Part shown: positions 56,746 through 64,000 of the stretch, piece by piece | Numbering within the stretch: position 1 is the first letter of the stretch | Layout: every line of letters begins with the position of its first letter | IMG/VR virus record: IMGVR_UViG_3300046171_000218 | DNA length: 64,000 nt | Strand: one strand, 5' to 3' | Source: an uncultured virus (IMG/VR IMGVR_UViG_3300046171_000218) | Lineage: Duplodnaviria; Heunggongvirae; Uroviricota; Caudoviricetes | The notes under the pieces: generated by a model | The model's input: only the letters and a program-made list of their open reading frames with translations | Database searches by the model: none | Told to the model about the DNA's origin: nothing | Program-made: the position numbers and the translations under genes

Positions 56746-57935
56746 TCAAAGTTGGAATCCAGAGAAAGTATCTTTCTTTACATCCTGCTTGATACCAGCC
56801 TACAACATAAGACTCTACTTCTGTCTCTTGAGGAGCAACCTGAAGTCCTTTAGAAGAGATCCAATGTTGAGTCCATGGCAGAGGATTGTTCTTGGCAGCA
56901 ATATCATACTGAGGAGTCAGTCCAATAGATTTGAGACGACGATTTGCAATCCATTCAACATACTGCTGAAGAAGTTTGTCATTCAGTCCGATCATTGAAC
57001 CATCTTTGAACAAATAGTCTGCCCAACGCTTTTCTTCATTAACAGCACGATCAAACATCTTATAAGTCCACTCTTCTTCTTCCTTCATGATTTGCTTCAT
57101 TTCAGGATCATCACCTTGTTTCCACTTATTAAGAATGTTTTGTGTGATTGCAAGATGCTGGTTCTCATCTCTGGCGATAAGCGAGATAATCTTAGCGGAT
57201 CCTTCCATAAGTTTAAGTTCGCCAAATGCAAAGCTGCAAGCGAAACTAACATAGAATCGAATACCCTCTAGATGTTGACGTTTGCAACTGCTCTATAAAG
57301 TTTACGCTTAATGTCATTAATCTCCCATTGTGCTGTGGGAGAATCTCTGAACTCTTTACTCCACATCTTACTGGTTCCCCAGTTCTGAGCACCATTAATG
57401 AAGTCATCATATGCTTCTGTAACGCTGCTAGCACGCTCTAGAATACGCTGATCAGTGACGATCTTATCGAATACCTCTGAAGGATCCGAATAGACGTTCT
57501 TGATGATATAAGTGTATGAACGACTATGGATCATTTCCATGAATCCCCAGACTTCCATACATGCTTCAATTCAGGAAGAGAGCAGTAAGGAATGAATGCC
57601 ATTCCAGGGCCTCTACCTTGAATAGAATCTAACATAATCTGATACTTCAGATTGGAAGTATAGATGTGTTTTTGTTCTGGACGAAGAGTTTGATAATCTC
57701 CACGATCCTTCTGTAGAGATACTTCTTCTGGACGCCAAAAGTATCCAAGTTGTTGAGTAGTCAGTTTATCAAAAACTGGATACTTATAAGAGTCATACCT
57801 CTGGACTCCCAGAGGTTTTCCAAAAAACATAGGTTGCTTTTTGGTATCTACTTGTTCTGTATTGAAAACAGTCATCCCTTTGACTTCTGTTTTCTTATCT
57901 TCTACTGATGAAACCTTAAACTGCACAGGATTCAC
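56746..57935 (-). CDS. nrdB: Ribonucleotide reductase class Ia beta subunit, several frameshifts
   Basis: FWRPEEVSL, MEMIHSRSY, ARDENQH, QVAPQETE, C-terminus DTFSGFQL across fragments. Confidence 0.93.
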
Positions 57936-60217
57936 ACTCTCCCTCCTCGGCTTGTTCTAATTCTTCTAATAAATTATTCAGTTTTTCTTTGTCTTCCTCC
58001 ACTTCATCAGACTTTAGATCATTTGTATTCTGGTAGTAAGAGGTTTTCCAACCGTACTTATATGTAGTTAAAAAGTCTTGTGCCATGACGGACACTGGGA
58101 CTTCATTGTCAGCATAATGCTCCGGATTGTAACTCCAGTTACCAGAAATTGCCTGATCAAAGAACTTTTGCATTACTGCGACAACATTAATATAACCTTT
58201 GTTGTTAGGCATGTCCCACAAAAGAGTATAATTATTCTTCAAAGAATTGTATTGAGGAACAATCTGCTTAAGAGGCCCCTTTCTTTGATTTTTTAACGGA
58301 CAAGTAGTCGCGAGGTGGTTCGATTCCATTGGTTGCATTTGACACAACGGAACTGCTCTCCGATGGCATCTGTGCGGACAGCGTGCTGTGCCGTAATCCG
58401 AATTCGTTGATAGATGCCCTAAGAGATTCCCAATCATGCTGGAGTTGTTGAGAAGAAATTTCGTCTACGTCCTTCTTGTATGTATCAATAGGAAGAATTC
58501 CATCGGCGTACTTAGTGCGTCCAAAGTATTCGCAGTGTCCCTTTTCCTTAGCAATTTGATTAGAAGACTTCAGAAGGTAATACTGGAAGGACTCAGAAAG
58601 TCCATGAACAGCATCCCATGCCTCTTGATCACCATACTTATATCCAAGTTTTGCCAAATAATGTGCTAAACCAATGAAACCAATGCCAAGCGATCTACGT
58701 GCCCTTGTAGCGATTTCTGCTGCCCTTACAGGATACTTCTGATAGTCAATGAGTTCTTCTAGTCCCCGAACAGAAAGATCACAGAGGTTCTCAAGTTCTT
58801 CATCAGACTTGACTTTACCAACATTGATAGCGGAAAGAATACAAAGTGCAATCTCACCATACTCATCATCAATATGATTCAGAGGATATGTCGGAAGAGT
58901 AATCTCTTGACACAAGATTAGGACATCTCAACCTTGTCTTTGAAGGATGAGTGAGAGTTACAATGATCGATGTTCATGATATAAACACGTCCAGTCTCTG
59001 CACGTTCTTTCAGCAGATCAAGAATCAGTTTCTGAGCACCGATAGTCTTTCTTGGAATAGACTGATCTGATTCATAGTCCCACATAGCGAGCGTCAAATG
59101 AATCAGTACCAAAAGCATCATACAAACCTGGTACGTCATGCGGTGAGAATAAGCTAATTTCTCCATCCTGGATGAAACGCTCATAGAAAAGTTTTGAAAT
59201 CTGGATGGAGTAGTCAAGTTTCCTTACGCGATTGTCCTCTGTACCCTTGTTGTTCTTAAGGACAATTATGTCTTCGATTTCTTGGTGCCAGATTGGGAAG
59301 TGGACAGTCGCTGAGCCACCTCGTATTCCATTTTGTGTACAACACCGGACAGTCGATTCAAACTTTTTAAGGAATGGTACAACACCTGTGTGTTGAACTT
59401 CTCCGCCTCTGATTTTACTGTTGATGCCACGGATTCTGCCTGCGTTGATACCGATGCCCGCCCTTTGTGCAACATATCTGCCGATAGCCATATCAGAAGT
59501 AAAGATGCTATCGAGGGTGTCATCAACATCAACAAGAACACAGCTAGCAAATTGTCGAAGTGGAGTTCGCACTCCTGCCATGATAGGTGTGGGAATGTTG
59601 ATTTTGTGTTTGCTGATTGCGTCGTAGTATCGTTTGACATAAGTCATCCTGGTTTCTTTGGGATACTCTGCAAAAATAGTCAGAGCAATCATGATATACA
59701 TGAACTGAGGAGTCTCGTACACTCCACCAGCGCTGCGATCTTGAACCAGATACTTATCTGCTACTTGACGCAACCCAGCATAAGTGAAGAGAAAGTCGCG
59801 ATGATGATCGATATAGGAATTTGCTTTCGCAATCTCCTCCTTAGAGTATTTAAGGAAAATCTCTTTGTCATACACCTCAATATTTGTGCAACTCATGATA
59901 TGAGTTTCTAAATCAGGAAGTTCACGCATCTTTCCATATAATTGCTTCCTGAGCGAGAATAGAAGCAGTCTAGCAGCGACGAATTGATAGTTAGGATGAT
60001 CTAGATCAATCAGATCGCTTGCCGCCTTAATCAAAATTTCTTGAATCTCTGCTGTTGTGATGCCATCATAAAACTGAATACCAGACTTCATCTCAACTTG
60101 ACTAGCGGAAACACCTGCAAGTCCTGTGGTTGCTTCATCAACCATCAGATGCATTTTATCTAAATCAAGAGACTCGATTCTACCGTCTCGCTTTTTAACC
60201 TTGATACCGTTACTCAT
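57916..60217 (-). CDS. nrdA: Ribonucleotide reductase class Ia alpha subunit, about 3 frameshifts
   Basis: ATP-cone VKKRDG, PTPIMAG, ASCVL, CQEI, CILSAIN, MPSESSS, NGIEP, KTSYY, C-terminal CESC; ~2.3 kb leaves no room for an intron or intein. Confidence 0.95.
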
Positions 60218-61182
60218 ACTTTCTTCCAGGTGTTAAATTTAAGTTTTGCTTCCAAACCACTGTATGTGTTACATTCTACAATCTTCTGAACATCATGTCC
60301 AGCGATAACCATATCATTAATGTCCTTTTCATCCATGGATGATGGAAAGATAACTACTGAGTCACCTTTGTCGATTGTTCTATCGATTCGGTTGACAATT
60401 TCCCGATTACGTGGTTCGTTATCATAGATCCAAACAGGATTGTTAATCCCCCAACGACTAACATCAGCGTCAGCTCCGCACATAGCAATCGCGTTGCGAA
60501 TGAACGTTGAGTCAAAGGGGCCTTCAGTGACGTAAACTGCCTCAGATTTTTTAACATCATCAAGTCCATAAATTTTTGGCGCATTGTCATCAAACATCAC
60601 GGTGATATATTTAACAGGGTTGGGATCTATAGATCTACCCTGCAATCCGATCAGATTTTTCTCATAGTAGATCGGAATAATTATTCTCTCTTCATCATAG
60701 CGGGTATCATCAAAAGTTGGTTTGATTGTATTAACAAACTTCTTGAACTTCTTTGTATAATAAAACTTTGATGAATCAAGTTTTCTTGCAGTCAGATATC
60801 CATTAGATCGAGGATTCTCAAAAGCTTTAGGAATACTCAAACTTTTTTTGAACTTGGGTGCTTCAAACTTAAAGTCTGGTTCTTCAACAACAAAGTTTCT
60901 ACCAGTATGTCCTTCTTTGAATTTCTCTAATGAGTATTGCTTATGAGTCGGAGCATCCACATGCTTCAGAAAGTTACTAAAAGACATCGAAGCACCACAG
61001 TTATGGCACTTGAAGTTTGTATTAGTCTTTACGGAGTAAATATAACCTCGTGTTTTATTTTTATTTTTCTTCGAGTCGCCACAAATGGGACAACGAAAGT
61101 TGTAGAGATTTGATTTAACTCTCTTAAATTTTCCTAAGCGCGGAGAAATAATCCCAATGTACTTAGAATCAATGTGATCCAT
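60214..61182 (-). CDS. gp61: DNA primase (T4 gp61-like)
   Basis: NFRCPICGDS, CHNCG, QGR, TEGPFDS, YDNEPRN, KDIND. Confidence 0.95.
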   Translation of the reverse strand: MDHIDSKYIGIISPRLGKFKRVKSNLYNFRCPICGDSKKNKNKTRGYIYSVKTNTNFKCHNCGASMSFSNFLKHVDAPTHKQYSLEKFKEGHTGRNFVVEEPDFKFEAPKFKKSLSIPKAFENPRSNGYLTARKLDSSKFYYTKKFKKFVNTIKPTFDDTRYDEERIIIPIYYEKNLIGLQGRSIDPNPVKYITVMFDDNAPKIYGLDDVKKSEAVYVTEGPFDSTFIRNAIAMCGADADVSRWGINNPVWIYDNEPRNREIVNRIDRTIDKGDSVVIFPSSMDEKDINDMVIAGHDVQKIVECNTYSGLEAKLKFNTWKKV

Positions 61183-61570
61183 TCACGAAAGCGACTACTG
61201 GTGCTACTATAGCACTTTCAGTAGAGGATATCAAGGGTTTAACAAGTTTTAATGCTTGAGGATTGGTTAATGCAACCACTAGTCCAAGTGATCCAATAGC
61301 GATCCAAAGTTTTCTTTCGAGTAAAGATAATCTTGTAGCGACACCGTCATGATCGCTGTCCATTTTATCACGGAGTTTGTCAATTTTATCAAAGAGTACT
61401 GAGTCGATTTGTTCTTGTTTTGATATTCTTTCTTCATGGACGGCAAGCATCCTAGATACATTATTATTTACCTCAGCAATTTTTTCAATCGCAGAATCTA
61501 ACTTTGTGACAACTGCCTCAAAGTTTTGAAGTTTTTCTTCTAAAACTGCAACCTTAATTTGCTCAGCCAT
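61169..61570 (-). CDS. Coiled-coil membrane-anchored hypothetical protein
   Basis: KLDSAIEKI.EVN..VSRMLAVHEERI, C-terminal TM. Confidence 0.75.
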   Translation of the reverse strand: MAEQIKVAVLEEKLQNFEAVVTKLDSAIEKIAEVNNNVSRMLAVHEERISKQEQIDSVLFDKIDKLRDKMDSDHDGVATRLSLLERKLWIAIGSLGLVVALTNPQALKLVKPLISSTESAIVAPVVAFVNGSH

Positions 61571-61775
61571 TTTGACGCCAAGTTCTGCGAGTGCCGTATC
61601 TACCTACAGGTGTTGGTTTTCTTTTTTTCTTCCTCAGGTAAACTGGAGGATCTTCTCCAGGTGCAGCACCAGCAATCTTGCCATCACCAACATTATTAGT
61701 AGGAGTACCAACAGCTCCCGCACCCATCATTTCTCTAAAGAGATGTAAAAACTTTTCTACTGATTTACTGCTCAT
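61563..61775 (-). CDS. Hypothetical protein
   Basis: PTNNVG.G.IAG...PPV, basic tail. Confidence 0.7.
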   Translation of the reverse strand: MSSKSVEKFLHLFREMMGAGAVGTPTNNVGDGKIAGAAPGEDPPVYLRKKKRKPTPVGRYGTRRTWRQNG

Positions 61776-62151
61776 TGTGAAAAGAAATAAGTTCTCTTAA
61801 ACAATTATCATCCATTTCCAAATCATGAATATAAGTATGAGGAAACTCTGGTAATTTACCTAAAAACACTACAAATGTTTTCAAACAACTTCTAAGATCC
61901 TGCTCATCTATCTTATAAAATAACATCGGTGTCGTTGCTTCACCAAAGATATTATACAAAACAATGAAATGATTAAGAAGGAGATGTACTTTCAATTCAC
62001 CAGTTGACTTATATCTTTTAAGTAACCGCTTGATATATTTAAAATGATTTAGATCCTTATCAAAGTCTTCTCTCGTTACTGCCTGAGGATTTTCATAATT
62101 TTTAATGGCAAAGAGGAGAAAATTCTCCGAATTCAATTCGTGGAATAACAT
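61765..62151 (-). CDS. Conserved T4-like hypothetical protein
   Basis: FLLFAIKNY.NP...DL..FKYIKRLL.RY...LLLNH.IVLYN.FG. Confidence 0.8.
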   Translation of the reverse strand: MLFHELNSENFLLFAIKNYENPQAVTREDFDKDLNHFKYIKRLLKRYKSTGELKVHLLLNHFIVLYNIFGEATTPMLFYKIDEQDLRSCLKTFVVFLGKLPEFPHTYIHDLEMDDNCLRELISFHNEQ

Positions 62152-62160
62152 CCTTCAATA

Positions 62161-62730
62161 TCAAACAGCGTTCTCAATATTTGGGTAAGTAGGAACGTTA
62201 CCCGTAGTGATTCCAGACATGGCGACAAGAATCTCTTTCTTAACTCTCAGATTACCAGCATTATCAGTATAAGTGGTAACACCAACCCAGCCTACACCAG
62301 TTTCGTAAACGGTTCCTGATGCATCAGCAGATCCACCTGCAGCAACTCCATAAGTGAGTTTGGAATATCCATGCCCCTGTGCTTCTGCTTCGCTGAAGGA
62401 AGAATCAGTAACACACCACTTAGGAGATTGAGAAGCAGAGAAAGAGGTAGCAGCAATTGCAGCACCGCTGAGATTAGCAGTAGAACCAATAGACAGAGAA
62501 GTAGTACTAGCAATACTTACAACAATTGCTTCGCCAAAATATGCCTTTCCGCCACCCTTGACTCTATCACCAAAACGAATTACATCACCCTCTTGAATCG
62601 AACCCGATTCACCAAACATAGTTCCCGAACCAGGAGATTCTAAGTTAGAACCAGTACAAATACCAGTTGCATAATCAAGGGTTACTGTACCCTGTGCGTC
62701 AAGATTGTCATTATTGCCCCAGAGTGCCAT
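62161..62730 (-). CDS. Putative virion structural protein
   Basis: MALWGNND...GWVGVTTY.D..GNLRVK.E.LVAMSGI; late promoter TATAAATA upstream. Confidence 0.7.
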   Translation of the reverse strand: MALWGNNDNLDAQGTVTLDYATGICTGSNLESPGSGTMFGESGSIQEGDVIRFGDRVKGGGKAYFGEAIVVSIASTTSLSIGSTANLSGAAIAATSFSASQSPKWCVTDSSFSEAEAQGHGYSKLTYGVAAGGSADASGTVYETGVGWVGVTTYTDNAGNLRVKKEILVAMSGITTGNVPTYPNIENAV

Positions 62731-62773
62731 GTGTCTCTCTCTGTAATTTATTTGCTATAAGATATTTATAAAT

Positions 62774-62986
62774 TCACTCTTCTCTCATTTTGATTGCTTC
62801 GGTGACAACTTCAAGAAGTTTATCATCCATATCAGTCTTGGTTAACTTAACCGCTTTAGCAAGGATAACAAGACAGATCTCAACCAACTTCTCACCGAGT
62901 TCTTCGTTTTCCGGAATCTTTGCGACTGCATCTGAAATAATTTTTGACGCTAATGGGAGTAAAAATGCAAACATGATGAACCTCAA
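62774..62986 (-). CDS. Hypothetical protein
   Basis: FLLPLASKII...KLTKTDMDDKL. Confidence 0.65.
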   Translation of the reverse strand: MRFIMFAFLLPLASKIISDAVAKIPENEELGEKLVEICLVILAKAVKLTKTDMDDKLLEVVTEAIKMREE

Positions 62987-63002
62987 TACTACATTCTATA
63001 TA

Positions 63003-63791
63003 TCAATTATCAGGTGTGAAAACTCCTTTATTAAATGTTCCCATCTTGCCTTTATGATATCCACGCATTCCAGTTGATTTAGATCTTACTTTCTCTACAT
63101 CTTGTACAAATTTACCAAACTTTTTACGCTTATCGTCTTTGGCGAATTTCTTTTTCTCAGCATCATATTTTTTGATTTTTTCCGCTCTTCCGGAATCAGA
63201 ACCACTATAGATTTCGTTTACCTTTTTCATTTTTCCTTGGCAATGTGCCTTTTGAGAGAATCCTTTAGGATTATTGCAATCAATCGATTTCTTATACTTA
63301 TCACTCCATCCTTCATTCATTTTTTTAGTTTTCTTTTTCATCGCATTGATATACTTTCTGTAGACTGCTGCCTCAGAAGTCTTACCCATCTCTCTTGCTC
63401 TTTGCTCCATAGCAACTGCTGCCTGAATTTTGTGAGCATGAGATCTTGACGAATTACGAATTTTAGTGACGGATGCTTTAGCAGTAGCAACATCCTTGAA
63501 CCCTAAACCATGAATGGTTCCTTTAGGATTCTCATCAGTATAAAGATCAGAGTGTTTCTTAGAATTAGCAGGTTGTCCTTTTTTTCTAGGAATACGAGGG
63601 TTAGATTCCTCTTTAGCAACTACTTTCTCAGGAAGTTTCTTATGCTTTGTTGATGCAAAATCTTTTACATCTTTTTTCTTCATCTCAGCAGCTGCCTTTG
63701 CAGTCTCAGGAGTAGTAGGTGCCATCTCACCTTTTTGGATGGCACGAACTATTCCAAAGAAACGCTGCTGCTTTTTAGATACGGCAGGCAT
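63003..63791 (-). CDS. Basic modular protein, probable internal head protein
   Basis: MPAVSKKQQRFFG, HSDLYTDENPKGTI, WSDKYKKSIDCNNPKGFSQKAHC modules. Confidence 0.65.
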   Translation of the reverse strand: MPAVSKKQQRFFGIVRAIQKGEMAPTTPETAKAAAEMKKKDVKDFASTKHKKLPEKVVAKEESNPRIPRKKGQPANSKKHSDLYTDENPKGTIHGLGFKDVATAKASVTKIRNSSRSHAHKIQAAVAMEQRAREMGKTSEAAVYRKYINAMKKKTKKMNEGWSDKYKKSIDCNNPKGFSQKAHCQGKMKKVNEIYSGSDSGRAEKIKKYDAEKKKFAKDDKRKKFGKFVQDVEKVRSKSTGMRGYHKGKMGTFNKGVFTPDN

Positions 63792-64000
63792 CAGTCACTA
63801 CTTCCCATTCTGGGTTTACCTACTGCATCAGTCATCTTCTGAGCATCTGTTCTAGTATCCTTCTTAGGGGCAACTTTTGCAACATTGCCCATTGCTTTTT
63901 TGTTTGCTGCTTTCTTCTGCTCAGGAGTCATTCTATTATACTTCTGAGAGATTTTCATCTGATCATCAACAGATAATTCCTCACTCATGCGCTTTGCAAC
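63791..64000 (-). CDS. C-terminal part of a basic hypothetical protein, possibly starting outside the window
   Basis: Open frame to the edge; abuts the next gene. Confidence 0.5.
   Translation of the reverse strand, partial: VAKRMSEELSVDDQMKISQKYNRMTPEQKKAANKKAMGNVAKVAPKKDTRTDAQKMTDAVGKPRMGSSD

Noticed and set aside
56746..60217. Fragmented nrdA/nrdB as intron-, intein- or homing-endonuclease-split genes
   Set aside because: Fragments are contiguous and sum to normal gene lengths with no inserted sequence; simple indels explain them.

Overview
A 64-kb segment of a T4-like marine cyanomyovirus, probably Synechococcus-infecting given psbA+psbD, zwf/gnd/talC, petE/petF/PTOX/hli and 8 tRNAs. 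Almost all genes are on the minus strand. Order: baseplate/head-completion genes (gp26, gp54-like, gp4, gp2, gp48, gp53); replication/late-transcription genes (gp32, gp59, gp33, exonuclease, phoH, thyX); a photosynthesis/carbon AMG region; a ~17.6-kb glycan-biosynthesis island; a tRNA array; a full-length glycogen phosphorylase; nrdB/nrdA; gp61 primase; putative virion genes. Several conserved genes (gp48, gp53, psbD, PTOX, nrdA, nrdB, a GT47-like gene) are split by small indels, most simply read as uncorrected long-read errors. Top observations: (1) an interlocked tandem glnA-type glutamine-riboswitch pair whose first aptamer carries an entire 66-codon ORF in its P2 loop, with that ORF's start and stop codons in the two arms of the stem; (2) a four-gene aminotransferase/oxygenase/amidinotransferase/GT25 cassette beside thyX with guanidino-sugar (streptidine-like) logic; (3) a phage glgP alongside the oxidative pentose phosphate genes; (4) HLR1 (RpaB)-like boxes at the psbA and hli promoters; (5) a shared K-rich ...YS C-terminal tail on three unrelated accessory enzymes. 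All calls come from motif recognition by eye; no database searches were run.
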